The notes beneath the pieces were generated by a model that was given only the letters and a program-made list of their open reading frames with translations, did no database searches and was not told the origin of the DNA. Positions 29,488-40,014 of a stretch of 64,000 bases of DNA are shown in pieces. A program made the translations under genes and the position numbers. The number at the start of each line of letters is the position of its first letter. Position 1 is the first letter of the stretch. The stretch covers positions 32,376 through 96,375 of the forward strand of contig JASFYY010000022.1 of the NCBI GenBank assembly GCA_045046875.1, given 5' to 3'. The DNA comes from Verrucomicrobiota bacterium. GTDB taxonomy: Bacteria > Verrucomicrobiota > Verrucomicrobiia > Verrucomicrobiales > DEV007.

Positions 29488-32298
29488 ATGGATTCTTGTA
29501 ATCCTAAAGCCTCGCGCTATGAATTAAGCGTGAACCTATCCATCAAACCCTACTTTCGCCGTTCCAGTGTCGATCTCTCACTACTCGCGGTCACACTGAT
29601 CACCATCTCCGGCATCGCCGCCCCGGATCAAGCCGATCGCCTGGCGCGCAAACAAGCAACGGTTCCAACAGGCTACACTGAAATGCCTTTTGTCGAAACC
29701 GCTGCCAAACCCACCGCCAATGCAGAGGAAAAAAAACGCGGCTACAAGCTCTTCACCCGCCCGATCACCGAACCCGTTCACGCCAATACCCGCCCTCTAC
29801 CCAGCGAACGCCTCACTGACAAACTAAGCGCATTTGCCACACCCGGAGAATGGGAGCCCGTTACTCTCAGCATATACCCGCTGCGGGAGCTTAAAAACTT
29901 CCGCCTACAGGTTTCCGAACTTGTTAGCCCGGATGGCAACAAAATCACATCCTCTCAAATCACCGTAAGATTGCAGACCTATTGGAATATAGGCTACCCG
30001 CGTTACGCATCCCGCGAAACCTACCGCCGGGTGCCCGAGCTGCTCGAAAAAGTCAGCTCCCACAATTCCCCCGCCTTCGAAAGCCAACGTTGGTGGCTTC
30101 AAGTCCACGTCCCCAACGACACCCCAGCCGGCATCTACAGCGGCAAATTAACACTTCAAGACGACAGCTCAGACCAAATAGTCACCATCCCTCTCGATTT
30201 CCGTGTGCTGGGGTTCACCCTGAAAAGTGATCCTCAAAAACACTATTCTGCTTATTACCGAACCCGCGATCGCCCGACCTACCAAGGCAAAGACGAAACT
30301 TTTTACCAAAAAGCCAGCGCCAATGAATTCCAGGCGATGCGCGACTACGGCATCGACCAATTCCCCACGCTCTATCTGGTCACTAACAAGGATGCCAGCA
30401 AAATCTTGATCCAAAATGAAGAAGAGATCCCTCGTTTGATCGCCAATGGAATGAAAGGCCGCATCCCTGTTCTAGGCGGCAATGCCATCGCCCAGATTTA
30501 CCGGGCCACCACCCCCGATGGAAAAAGAGAGCCTCACTGGAAAATTGATAAAATGCCACCACCAGAATTTTACCAACGCTTAACTCAATTATTCAAGGAT
30601 TTCGAAAAAGACCGCATCGCCCGAGGCCTACCTTCGATGATCTGTTGCCCACTCGATGAAGTGGCAGCTTCCCACAAGGAGTTCGGTATCAAAACGTATC
30701 AAGCGGTTCACGATGCAGGCATCCCCACCTACATTACCAAATTTCCCACCGCCCCCGACGCCCTCGACTACGCCCCCTATGTCGATGTCTGGTGCTCCCA
30801 ACCCTACGCCATCCCCTACGAAAAAATCATCACTCAAAAGCGTCACGAATACTGGAGCTACCCCAATCACAATGCCGGCGAGCGCAAAAACCGCCTGGTG
30901 ATGTGCAAAGGCGGGCGCATGACCTACGGCTTTGGCTTTTGGCGCAGTGGTTACACCACCCTCATTCCCTGGCACTGGTCGTGGACCATGACTCCAGACC
31001 CCTTTGATTATCTGCGCAGCAAACAGTCGGGCTGCGGCATGCGCATCGATGAAAATGCGGAAATCATTCCAGCGATTTACTGGGAGTGTTTTCGTGAAGG
31101 ACGTGACGACGCACGTTACCTTTACACTTTGCAGCAGGCTGTATTCGAACGCCAAGGTTCAAGCGACCCCGCATGCCAACAGCAAGTCAACAAGGCCAAA
31201 ACCTTATTACAGGAAAACTGGGACGCCATCCAAGTGCAGCAACGTTACCTGTCCGACGGCATGTGGCCTTCAGAAGAATTCACCGCCCGCCGCTGGCAAC
31301 TGGCAACCGCCATCCAAAACCTCATTGCCTACCCGGCCAGTAAAAAAGGCAACGCTCCTTCTGTTCTGATCAACAAACCACAGGCCAAAACCATCGCTGC
31401 CACCAAAAACATCCTCGATGAAGCGTTCAAAAAAGGCATCGTTACTTCTCGTGATATAGGCGAAGATTTCACCCTGTGGAAAAATGGAACCATCGAGGGC
31501 AAAACTGAAATATCAAAAGACGCCTCCCCCGACGACAAACCCGGCCTGCGCTGGAAGATCAAAGTTGACCACAACGAAGGTGGCGACGCCGCCTACCCGG
31601 TGGGATGGCCAAGAATTCGTCGCATTTTCACCGATGGCCAACTGGATCTGAGCACTTACGATTTTATCGAATTCATGATCCGCGTCGACTCCGACCGCGA
31701 CGAGGTCGCCGATGACAAAACACCATTCGGTATCAGCATCCGGAACTTTGGTGAACCCGGCCGACTCTACGAAATCAGGAAAGATCTGGGCGACCAACAA
31801 CGCGTCTGGATTCCTCTTCGTTTTTCCATCAAGGAACTGATCGATACCACCGCCTTGGGCACCCAACCTTGGAAGAACATCAACAGTTTGCAGCTCTTCA
31901 TCGCCGAAGCTGATTACCTGGATCAAACCTCGATCACTTTTGAAATCGGCTCGGCCAAATTGCTAGCCGCCTCAAAACCCCTGATCTCCAGAGTGGAAGC
32001 TTCACGCATCATCTTGTTACCCACGGCCCATTTCACCGTCCACTTCGATGTCATCGGTCTCAGCTCCACCAAAAAAGGCAGCCATACGGTGACTTGTTTT
32101 TTAAAAGACCAACAAGGGAAAACCCTTGCCACACAAAAACAAGGTTTGCTCGACAGCAGCCAATTGACCCTGAATACCAGCAAACTCACTCCCGGCAATT
32201 ACACCCTCAGCACACAGATCACCAGCGCGGATGGCGAACTTTGCTCACAATCAAACCAACCGGTAGAAGCTATAGCCGGGCCCTTTTTTAAGAAATAA
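29488..32298 (+). CDS. Large secreted GH123-like / DUF4091-type putative glycoside hydrolase with C-terminal beta domains
   Basis: ATPGEWEP, WWLQVHVP.DTPAGIYSG, PLDE acidic pair, WECFREGRDDARY; the true start may be GTG 29530. Confidence 0.65.
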   Translation: MDSCNPKASRYELSVNLSIKPYFRRSSVDLSLLAVTLITISGIAAPDQADRLARKQATVPTGYTEMPFVETAAKPTANAEEKKRGYKLFTRPITEPVHANTRPLPSERLTDKLSAFATPGEWEPVTLSIYPLRELKNFRLQVSELVSPDGNKITSSQITVRLQTYWNIGYPRYASRETYRRVPELLEKVSSHNSPAFESQRWWLQVHVPNDTPAGIYSGKLTLQDDSSDQIVTIPLDFRVLGFTLKSDPQKHYSAYYRTRDRPTYQGKDETFYQKASANEFQAMRDYGIDQFPTLYLVTNKDASKILIQNEEEIPRLIANGMKGRIPVLGGNAIAQIYRATTPDGKREPHWKIDKMPPPEFYQRLTQLFKDFEKDRIARGLPSMICCPLDEVAASHKEFGIKTYQAVHDAGIPTYITKFPTAPDALDYAPYVDVWCSQPYAIPYEKIITQKRHEYWSYPNHNAGERKNRLVMCKGGRMTYGFGFWRSGYTTLIPWHWSWTMTPDPFDYLRSKQSGCGMRIDENAEIIPAIYWECFREGRDDARYLYTLQQAVFERQGSSDPACQQQVNKAKTLLQENWDAIQVQQRYLSDGMWPSEEFTARRWQLATAIQNLIAYPASKKGNAPSVLINKPQAKTIAATKNILDEAFKKGIVTSRDIGEDFTLWKNGTIEGKTEISKDASPDDKPGLRWKIKVDHNEGGDAAYPVGWPRIRRIFTDGQLDLSTYDFIEFMIRVDSDRDEVADDKTPFGISIRNFGEPGRLYEIRKDLGDQQRVWIPLRFSIKELIDTTALGTQPWKNINSLQLFIAEADYLDQTSITFEIGSAKLLAASKPLISRVEASRIILLPTAHFTVHFDVIGLSSTKKGSHTVTCFLKDQQGKTLATQKQGLLDSSQLTLNTSKLTPGNYTLSTQITSADGELCSQSNQPVEAIAGPFFKK

Positions 32299-32307
32299 TA
32301 ACCCGCA

Positions 32308-33747
32308 TCAAGCCTGCCAACTTATACTGGCAAGTTTTTCCGCCCCTTCTGCCCATTCCACTTCATGAGGCATGCGGTGACTGCTTGCCGCTATAGCCGC
32401 TACCACTCCCGCCGCTTCACCCATGGCAACGGCATTTCCCGTCACTCGATAGCTGGCGTGAGCGACAAAATCCCCACTGATGCAACGTCCGGCCATCATC
32501 AGGCCATCCACATCCTTGGCAATCAATGCTCGAAGCGGAATATCGTAAGGTGTGAATTTTTTAATCCCACCTCGGGTGATCGTCTCTTTATCGTTGTCCT
32601 TTTTGCTCTTGGCATGGATATCCACCCCAAAAGTCACGCGGGTAACCCCGTCTTTGTGCCGGGTTCCATCTTCCAAATCACTCTTTTTCACCACATAACG
32701 CCCACGAATACGTTTGCCATCACGCACCCCTATTTGCTCCGCTGTCGCCACAATCTGAAACCCATCCCAGACTCCACCCAGGCCCCTGAGCCCCCGGGTT
32801 ATATCAAAAATCTCATGACGGGAACGAACGGTCGCCGCCGTGATCGCATCGGCATCATCCGGACGAACACCATATTCATGGTTAGCCATCAACAAGACGA
32901 TATTATCGCGAACATGGAAAATCGTCGGCATGCCGTAAGAAGGATCAATGCCCGCCCGCTTGATATCTGCTTTTAGATTTTTAGTCGCTTCCACATGCCA
33001 TTTCAAATCCCCTTTATAAAACGAAACGTACTTCTGCATCTGGGTCACATCCTTAACCGCAGCCAAGGCGTTCATGCTAAGCGGTTGGCACAAACACTCC
33101 ATTCTTTTGCTCTGCCCCATTTGCCCTAAATCCCAGGCGCAACCCGCCATCGCCCCTAGAACACCGTCCCCTGTGGTATCGATGAATACCGGCGCACGCC
33201 AAGCCTCGCGACCCGACACCGATTCGGTCACGATCGTAGTCAAATGCCCGCTTTCGACATAGGCGTTCACCAGCCTGGTATGCAGTCGAAACTGCACCCC
33301 CTCCTCCACGCAGATATCCTCCAGTAGCAATTTCATCTCATCGGGCTCATAAACGAAGCGATTCTTGCTTGCTCCACGACGAGCTCCTCGCTTTTCCAGT
33401 TTTTCACTGATTTCACGAGTCATGCCAGGCTTGTCAAAATCAAAAATCCAAGTCAACAATCCAGCAGTCCATACTCCACCCAGACAACCGTGAACCTCGA
33501 ACAAACGAACTTTTGCGCCTGCTCGCGCAGCGGTGATGGCTGCCGCGATTCCTGCAGGGCCTGCACCGCAAACAATCACGTCAACATCTTCAACTAAAGA
33601 CAGTTGTCGTGCCGGCTCACTAAATTTGCCTGTAACGGTCGCTGCGTCCTCGGCAGCAAATGCCGCCGTTTGCCCCAGTTGCATCGCACCCGCAGCGCCG
33701 GAAATTGCGCTTCCTATAAACGCACGTCTTTTGAATTTTGATCCCAT
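32308..33747 (-). CDS. Tat-exported FAD-dependent oxidoreductase (FAD_oxidored-type)
   Basis: KRRAFIG Tat motif; DVIVCGAGPAG, FIDTTGDG, YDIPLRAL, MAGRCISGD, MGEAAG. Confidence 0.9.
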   Translation of the reverse strand: MGSKFKRRAFIGSAISGAAGAMQLGQTAAFAAEDAATVTGKFSEPARQLSLVEDVDVIVCGAGPAGIAAAITAARAGAKVRLFEVHGCLGGVWTAGLLTWIFDFDKPGMTREISEKLEKRGARRGASKNRFVYEPDEMKLLLEDICVEEGVQFRLHTRLVNAYVESGHLTTIVTESVSGREAWRAPVFIDTTGDGVLGAMAGCAWDLGQMGQSKRMECLCQPLSMNALAAVKDVTQMQKYVSFYKGDLKWHVEATKNLKADIKRAGIDPSYGMPTIFHVRDNIVLLMANHEYGVRPDDADAITAATVRSRHEIFDITRGLRGLGGVWDGFQIVATAEQIGVRDGKRIRGRYVVKKSDLEDGTRHKDGVTRVTFGVDIHAKSKKDNDKETITRGGIKKFTPYDIPLRALIAKDVDGLMMAGRCISGDFVAHASYRVTGNAVAMGEAAGVVAAIAASSHRMPHEVEWAEGAEKLASISWQA

Positions 33748-33752
33748 GCGGA

Positions 33753-33780
33753 AAGCTACGGCCGCCCCTGTTCACGGCAA
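33753..33780 (-). promoter_or_regulatory. sigma70-type promoter, probably leaderless
   Basis: Minus strand reads TTGCCG-N16-TAGCTT-N5-ATG(33747). Confidence 0.55.
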
Positions 33781-33849
33781 ACCTACTTTCATACGCGAAC
33801 ACGCCATGTCCAAAAAACAAAGCCTGCTGAAGCTTCTCTTTTGTAGCTC

Positions 33850-36333
33850 CTATGACACGTGCACCGGCGATAGATTCCAAATATTTTCGGCATACTGCTT
33901 GATCGTGCGGTCGGAAGAAAACTTACCCATCCGTGCGGTATTCAAAATCGCCTTCTTCACCCAGGTTTTCTGATCCCGGTAAGCCACATCCACCTCACCC
34001 TGCGCTTTGACATACGCAGCGAAATCCGCGAGCACCAGATAAGGATCACCCCCATCCAACAAACTGTGCCGTATCGAGGAAAAATCGTTACTGTCGCCGG
34101 TAAAATAATCCGAGCTCAACCAATCAATCGCGCCGCGCAACTCTTCGTTGCCCCAGTAATAATCGTAAGAAGAATAGCCATCTTTCCACAACTGCTCCAC
34201 TTCCTCTTCTTTTAAACCGAAGATGAAAATATTGTCATCGCCAACCTCTTCGAGGATCTCCACATTGGCTCCATCGAGAGTGCCCAGAGTCAACGCGCCA
34301 TTCAAAGCCAACTTCATATTGCCGGTGCCCGAAGCTTCTTTACCCGCCGTCGAGATTTGCTCGCTCACATCAGCAGCAGGGATGATCTTTTCTGCAATCG
34401 TCACTCCATAGTTAGGAATAAAGGCAACTTTCAATTTACCTTTAATGCGCTCGTCATTATTAACCTTGTCCGCCACCGCATTGATCGCATGGATGATCTC
34501 TTTCGCCAAAACGTAACCTGGAGCCGCTTTGGCTCCGAAAATAAACACCCGGGGAACGATATCCAGATCCGGCTCCCTCAGCAAACGCCGGTAAAGAGTC
34601 AAAATATACAACAAGTTCAAGTGCTGGCGTTTATACTCATGCAAACGCTTGATCTGGACATCAAAGATCGCGTCGGGACTCACCACGATGCCACATCTTT
34701 CCTCAATCAAAACCGCCAGACGTTCTTTGTTCCGTCGTTTGATCCCTGCAAATTTTTTGCAGAAACTTTCATCATCCAATGATTTTTCCAACTCTCGCAA
34801 CCGATCCAAATCCTTCGGCCAATCCGTGCCAATCGTCTGATCGATCAACTTTGCCAAGTCAGGATTACAAACCTTCAACCAGCGCCGCGGCGTGACTCCG
34901 TTGGTCATGTTGATGAACCGATTGGGATACAATTCCGCAAAATCAGGAAACAGCGACGACTTCAATAAGTCCGTATGCATCGCCGCCACCCCGTTCACTT
35001 TGTGACTTCCCAGCAAAGCCAGGTGAGCCATGCGAATCATCCTCGGGTGACCTTCCTCGATCACTGACAGAGCCCGTTTTTTATCACTGTCACCCGGCCA
35101 CTTAGCCTCAACCTCGTTATTAAGGAAACGCTCGTTGATCTCAAAAATGATCTGTAGATGACGCGGCAAAACTTTCTCAAACAGTGGCACACTCCAACGC
35201 TCCAACGCTTCGGGCAACAGTGTGTGGTTAGTATATGAGAAAGTTTTCTGGCAAATACCCCAGGCGGCTTTCCACTCTAAGCCATCTTCATCCAGCAACA
35301 GGCGCATCAGCTCAGCAATCGCTACCGCCGGGTGAGTGTCGTTGAGCTGAATCGCCACCTTCGCAGGAAAGCTATCCCAATCATTGTCACTGCGTCGATG
35401 GCGACGAATAATATCACTCAACGAACAAGCCACAAAAAAGTATTGCTGCACCAAACGCAGTTCTTTTCCCGCTTCGGTTTCGTCATTCGGGTAAAGCACC
35501 TTCGACACACTTTCACTTTCAGCTTTCTCCTGAACCGCCTCGACATACCCGCCCTCGTTAAAAACCTTCAGATCAAAGTCACGCGAAGCCCGGGATTCCC
35601 ACAGGCGCAAAAAATTCACCGTCGTGCAGCCGTAACCCGCCACCGGAATATCCCACGGCACTCCGACAATCGAGCGTGTATCGTGCCACACCGGGCGCCC
35701 CTGACCCATATCATCAAATTGCGTCTCCACCTTGCCATACAAATTAACTTTCACCGCGTATTCCGGGCGCACGATTTCCCAGGGATTACCAAAACGACGC
35801 CACGCATCCGGTTTCTCCATCTGCACTCCATTGACAAACTCCTGACGGAACAAACCAAATTCGTAATGAATGCCGTAACCCACCGCCGGATAATCCAAAG
35901 TCGAAAGTGAATCTATGAAACACGCCGCCAACCGCCCCAGACCACCATTGCCCAATCCCATATCCGGCCCCTCTTTCAGCAAGCCGTCGAGATCCTCGTC
36001 CAATTCCCGCAAAGCCTCCTTGGCAACATCCATCAAGCCAGTGCTGATCAAATTATTCTCCAGCAAACGCCCCATCAAATACTCCAGAGACAAATAATAA
36101 ACCCGCCGCACATTCTGCTCAGAGTGAGCCGCCATCGTCTCACTCGAGCGCTCGAGGATTTGATCACGCACCGTCAAACTGACCGCGACCCACCAATCCG
36201 TAGGAGTCGCCGCCGCCGGGTTATGAGCCAGGCTTCGAACCAAATGATTGCGCACCGATACTTTGAAATCCGCTACTGAACAGATCGTTTTGAATTCGCC
36301 TGCCTGTTTTTTAGAAATTGTTGCTTTGCTCAT
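33850..36333 (-). CDS. glgP: Glycogen/starch phosphorylase
   Basis: [51 protein letters not shown] (PLP lysine). Confidence 0.97.
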   Translation of the reverse strand: MSKATISKKQAGEFKTICSVADFKVSVRNHLVRSLAHNPAAATPTDWWVAVSLTVRDQILERSSETMAAHSEQNVRRVYYLSLEYLMGRLLENNLISTGLMDVAKEALRELDEDLDGLLKEGPDMGLGNGGLGRLAACFIDSLSTLDYPAVGYGIHYEFGLFRQEFVNGVQMEKPDAWRRFGNPWEIVRPEYAVKVNLYGKVETQFDDMGQGRPVWHDTRSIVGVPWDIPVAGYGCTTVNFLRLWESRASRDFDLKVFNEGGYVEAVQEKAESESVSKVLYPNDETEAGKELRLVQQYFFVACSLSDIIRRHRRSDNDWDSFPAKVAIQLNDTHPAVAIAELMRLLLDEDGLEWKAAWGICQKTFSYTNHTLLPEALERWSVPLFEKVLPRHLQIIFEINERFLNNEVEAKWPGDSDKKRALSVIEEGHPRMIRMAHLALLGSHKVNGVAAMHTDLLKSSLFPDFAELYPNRFINMTNGVTPRRWLKVCNPDLAKLIDQTIGTDWPKDLDRLRELEKSLDDESFCKKFAGIKRRNKERLAVLIEERCGIVVSPDAIFDVQIKRLHEYKRQHLNLLYILTLYRRLLREPDLDIVPRVFIFGAKAAPGYVLAKEIIHAINAVADKVNNDERIKGKLKVAFIPNYGVTIAEKIIPAADVSEQISTAGKEASGTGNMKLALNGALTLGTLDGANVEILEEVGDDNIFIFGLKEEEVEQLWKDGYSSYDYYWGNEELRGAIDWLSSDYFTGDSNDFSSIRHSLLDGGDPYLVLADFAAYVKAQGEVDVAYRDQKTWVKKAILNTARMGKFSSDRTIKQYAENIWNLSPVHVS

Positions 36334-36521
36334 TAAATAAATGCTCCCCGTTAACTCAAAGTTCAGCACGTTCCATGCCACCTCCCCTTATTCCCCCTCC
36401 CTAGCACTCTTTAAGTCGATAGACAAAAACAAAAAGAGCCCTCCGTAGGATAGATTTCCAAATCTGTCCGTGCGGCTCTATCGACGCCCAAACAACTCCA
36501 CCCATTCGCCCACCCCCCCAC

Positions 36522-36561
36522 AAAAAAAGGCACCGCCAGGACACAAGTCCCGGAGGTGCCT
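36522..36561 (-). terminator. Intrinsic terminator downstream of the FKBP gene
   Basis: Stem AGGCACCGCCAGGAC-ACAA-GTCCCGGAGGTGCCT followed on the minus strand by a T run (A7 on plus); 16 nt after the stop. Confidence 0.8.
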
Positions 36562-36577
36562 CAAAAGTCGACCAAAA

Positions 36578-37246
36578 TTATTCGCCGATCCCCAACAATT
36601 CCACTTCAAACACCAAAGTGCTGAATGGTGGAATTTTTGGTGGCGATCCTCTCTCACCGTAAGCCAGGTTGAAAGGAATAAAAAAGCGATACTTTGCGCC
36701 TTTAGTCATCAACTGAACCCCTTCAGTCCAACCTGGAATCACCTGATTCAGGCCAAAAGAAATTGGCTCACCACGATCAACCGAACTGTCAAACACCGTG
36801 CCGTCCGTCAAAGTGCCGTGATAATGCACATTCACTTTGTCCGTTGCTTTGGGCTTGGTTTTTCCGTCGCCTTCGGTCAAAACCAAATACTGCAAACCGC
36901 TCTTGGTGGTTTTCACTCCTTCTTTTTTGCCGTTTTCAGCCAGCCATTTGGTGCCTGCTTCGGATTGCTTGGCCGTTGCAACATCCTGCGCCTCTTTCAA
37001 GGTTTTCTGTAGTTCTTCATCGCTCATAGTAGGTTTTTCTCCTTTCATCACCGTCTTGAGGGCTGCAGCAAATTGATCCGCATCCAGTTCCAAGCCAGAA
37101 TTTTTCATTTGAGTTCCAATCATCACGCCAAAAGCGTAACCCGCACGTTCTTTCAGGCTGGTCGGTTTGGCCGCTTCCTGAGCTTCAGTAGAACCCGACA
37201 TCAGCAGCAAGCTCCCGACGAGGGTGAATAATGTAATTTTTTGCAT
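36578..37246 (-). CDS. FKBP-type peptidyl-prolyl isomerase (FkpA/Mip/FklB-like)
   Basis: Signal peptide; FKBP_N helix; [32 protein letters not shown]. Confidence 0.96.
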   Translation of the reverse strand: MQKITLFTLVGSLLLMSGSTEAQEAAKPTSLKERAGYAFGVMIGTQMKNSGLELDADQFAAALKTVMKGEKPTMSDEELQKTLKEAQDVATAKQSEAGTKWLAENGKKEGVKTTKSGLQYLVLTEGDGKTKPKATDKVNVHYHGTLTDGTVFDSSVDRGEPISFGLNQVIPGWTEGVQLMTKGAKYRFFIPFNLAYGERGSPPKIPPFSTLVFEVELLGIGE

Positions 37247-37422
37247 AACACAGTTTTTCTAAGTTAAATTATTAATTTAATGAGTCGCGCAAGCTAGCAA
37301 GTTCTCCAAGCCGCGCAAGCACTTCCGCACACAGATCCGAACTTGCTCCCTCGCACAATGCTCCTATCTTGCCCTTTTTGCCTTTCGTAGTCTTCAAGGC
37401 AAACACACCGCCTATCAAGCAA

Positions 37423-38331
37423 ATGACGCCCAACCGCTCATTTTTCCTAGCTTCCCGATACTCACAGCGCCTGTTACTGGCTCTGAGCTTGTTTTGTGTC
37501 TCCTGCCAACCGGAAACCCCATCCTCCCGCCCTGATCCAGCCATTCTTTTTGCCTCCGTGCCTCCCCAGGCCTTTTTGCTGAAAACCATCGCTGGCGATC
37601 ATTTCAAAGTGCATACCCTGATCGATCCCGGTCAGGATCCCCACCATTGGATGCCCAACCCCAAACAAATGCTGGCACTCAACAAAGCCAAGGCATGGTG
37701 GCCCGCCGGACTGCCCTTTGAACAAAAACTGCTGCCTAAAATCAAAATGACCGCCAATGGCCCGCAGATTTTTCTACCCGGCAGCCATCCTGTTGCCAAT
37801 CACGCTAACAATCACAGCGAACACAACGATCACAAACACGACGCCCACACCTGGCTGTCGCCGCCCTTGCTCATCAAGCAAAGCCGCAGCATCGCTGACG
37901 AACTCGCACAACTCGATCCGCAGCACCGGGAGTTCTACCAAAACCAAGCTCTTCTCTTAGAGAAAAAAATCACCGCTCTGGATCAGCAGATCAAGCGACA
38001 ACTCGCCCCTCACCAAGGCCGCTCGTTTTTAATCTTCCACAAGGCACTGACCCACTTCGCCGACAACTACCAGCTCTCCCAACAAGTGATCCAATCCGGC
38101 GACGCCTCCCCCGACCCCAAACGCCTGCGGAATATCATCAAACAAGCGAGGCAAGACAAAAACACCCTCATTATCACCCAACCCCAGTTCGACAGCCAAA
38201 GTGCCCGGATGGTAGCCGCAGCGATCGGTGCCCGCATCGTTGTCATTGACCCTCTCGCTGAAGATGTGCTTGCCAACTTGAAACATATTGCCGACACATT
38301 GAGTGCTGACTTTTCTCAATCCAATCCTTGA
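37423..38331 (+). CDS. znuA: Zn/Mn ABC transporter substrate-binding lipoprotein
   Basis: Lipobox-like CVSC; GQDPHHW, His-rich loop, DAHTWLSP, IFHKAL, IDPLA. Confidence 0.88.
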   Translation: MTPNRSFFLASRYSQRLLLALSLFCVSCQPETPSSRPDPAILFASVPPQAFLLKTIAGDHFKVHTLIDPGQDPHHWMPNPKQMLALNKAKAWWPAGLPFEQKLLPKIKMTANGPQIFLPGSHPVANHANNHSEHNDHKHDAHTWLSPPLLIKQSRSIADELAQLDPQHREFYQNQALLLEKKITALDQQIKRQLAPHQGRSFLIFHKALTHFADNYQLSQQVIQSGDASPDPKRLRNIIKQARQDKNTLIITQPQFDSQSARMVAAAIGARIVVIDPLAEDVLANLKHIADTLSADFSQSNP

Positions 38332-38341
38332 ACCCACACCC

Positions 38342-39115
38342 ATGGCTGAAACACCCGTCATCAAATTTGAAAACGTTTCCCGCAGTTTCGGCATCGGTCC
38401 GGTGCTGGAAAATGTCTCTTTCGAAATTGCCGCCGGCCAGTCCACTTGTCTGATCGGCCCCAACGGAGGTGGCAAAACCACCCTGCTGCGTCTGATGCTG
38501 GGTTTGATCCGACCCAACAAAGGCACCATCCAAATTTTTGGCTCCCGCCCCTCACGAGTGCGCAAGCGTGTCGCCTACGTGCCCCAGCACATCCGCTTCG
38601 ACCCGCTTTTCCCTGTCAACGCTCTCGACATCGTGCTGATGGGTCGCCTCGACCACTTGAAATTCGGCCGCTACTGTGATGACTGCAAAAGCACCGCACA
38701 GGAAGCCCTCGCCGAAGTCGGCCTGAGCGACGTCGCCCAGCGCTCTTTTGCCAATCTGTCCGGCGGCCAGCGCCAACGAGTGCTCATCGCCCGTGCCTTG
38801 GCTTGCAAACCCGAGTTGCTACTGCTCGACGAACCTACCGCCAATATCGACCTTTCCGTCGAAGCCCGCTTGCTCGAAACCCTCGAAAAATTACGCGAGA
38901 AAATGAGCATCATCATGGTCTCACACGACCTCGATCTCATTTCTCATATCACCAGTGATTATGTGCTCTGTGTTCACCAACATGTTCACCGCCACGCTGT
39001 CGCCGACCTCACCGGCGATGTCATTCGGGAAATTTACAGCAGCGAACGACGTGTCGAACACGAGAAAAAAACCCTCCACAAACAAGGAGACCACTCGCAC
39101 TGCGACCACTCTTAA
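38342..39115 (+). CDS. znuC: Zn/Mn ABC transporter ATPase
   Basis: GPNGGGKTT, YVPQ, LSGGQRQR, LLLDEP, VSHD; His/Cys-rich tail. Confidence 0.9.
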   Translation: MAETPVIKFENVSRSFGIGPVLENVSFEIAAGQSTCLIGPNGGGKTTLLRLMLGLIRPNKGTIQIFGSRPSRVRKRVAYVPQHIRFDPLFPVNALDIVLMGRLDHLKFGRYCDDCKSTAQEALAEVGLSDVAQRSFANLSGGQRQRVLIARALACKPELLLLDEPTANIDLSVEARLLETLEKLREKMSIIMVSHDLDLISHITSDYVLCVHQHVHRHAVADLTGDVIREIYSSERRVEHEKKTLHKQGDHSHCDHS

Positions 39116-39144
39116 CCCCCCTCCCAAGCAATTCCCTCACCACC

Positions 39145-40011
39145 ATGACCGATTTTTTTCAAGCCCTGCTCGACCCGGATGCCGCCTTCCTGCGTCACGC
39201 CCTGTTCGCAGGCTTGATCGCCTCCTTCACCTTCGGCATCGTCGGCTCTTACGTCGTTGCCCGGCGCATCAGCTACATCGCCGCCGCCATCGCCCACAGC
39301 GTTCTCGGCGGTATCGGAGCCGCCCTCTATTTCCAGCGCAGCTACGATCTGCCCTGGCTCACTCCCACCATAGGCGCTCTCGCCGCCGCATTGCTCTCAG
39401 CCCTGATTATCGGCATCGTTAGCCTCATCGCCAAAGAACGCGAAGATACCATCATCGGCACCATCTGGGCTACCGGCATGGCAATCGGCCTGTTATTCAT
39501 CCACTACACCCCGGGGCCCGCGGTCAATCTCGAAAGTTACATCTTCGGCAACATCCTCTTCACCACTCGCGCCGACCTCATCATCACCGCTGTACTCGGC
39601 CTGTCCGTCATCCTCATCAGCCTACTGTTTTACAACAAACTGCTGGCCGTCTGTTTTGATGAAGAATTCGCCAGACTGCGGGGAGTCAACGCCTCCTTTT
39701 ATTACCTTCTATTACTTTGTCTGGTCGGCATCTGCGTCGTCCTGCTGGTCCAACTCACTGGCATCATTCTTGCCATCGCCCTCATTGTGCTGCCCGCCGC
39801 CACCGCCAGCCGCCTCACCAGCCGATTATCCAAAGTCATGGTCATCGCCGTTGTGCTGTCCATGCTCTGCACCACCGGCGGCCTTGCGCTCAGCTACTCC
39901 AGTCAAACCCCCACCGGCCCCATCGTTGTATTAATCGCCGCCGGACTGTATATCCTCAGCCTGCCCTTCACCATAGGACGTGCCCGCCTGCGCAAAAAAA
40001 CCTCCCCCTAG
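39145..40011 (+). CDS. znuB: Zn/Mn ABC transporter permease
   Basis: GSYVVARR, IAHSVLGG, YIFGNIL, FDEEFA, PAATA. Confidence 0.9.
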   Translation: MTDFFQALLDPDAAFLRHALFAGLIASFTFGIVGSYVVARRISYIAAAIAHSVLGGIGAALYFQRSYDLPWLTPTIGALAAALLSALIIGIVSLIAKEREDTIIGTIWATGMAIGLLFIHYTPGPAVNLESYIFGNILFTTRADLIITAVLGLSVILISLLFYNKLLAVCFDEEFARLRGVNASFYYLLLLCLVGICVVLLVQLTGIILAIALIVLPAATASRLTSRLSKVMVIAVVLSMLCTTGGLALSYSSQTPTGPIVVLIAAGLYILSLPFTIGRARLRKKTSP

Positions 40012-40014
40012 AAC

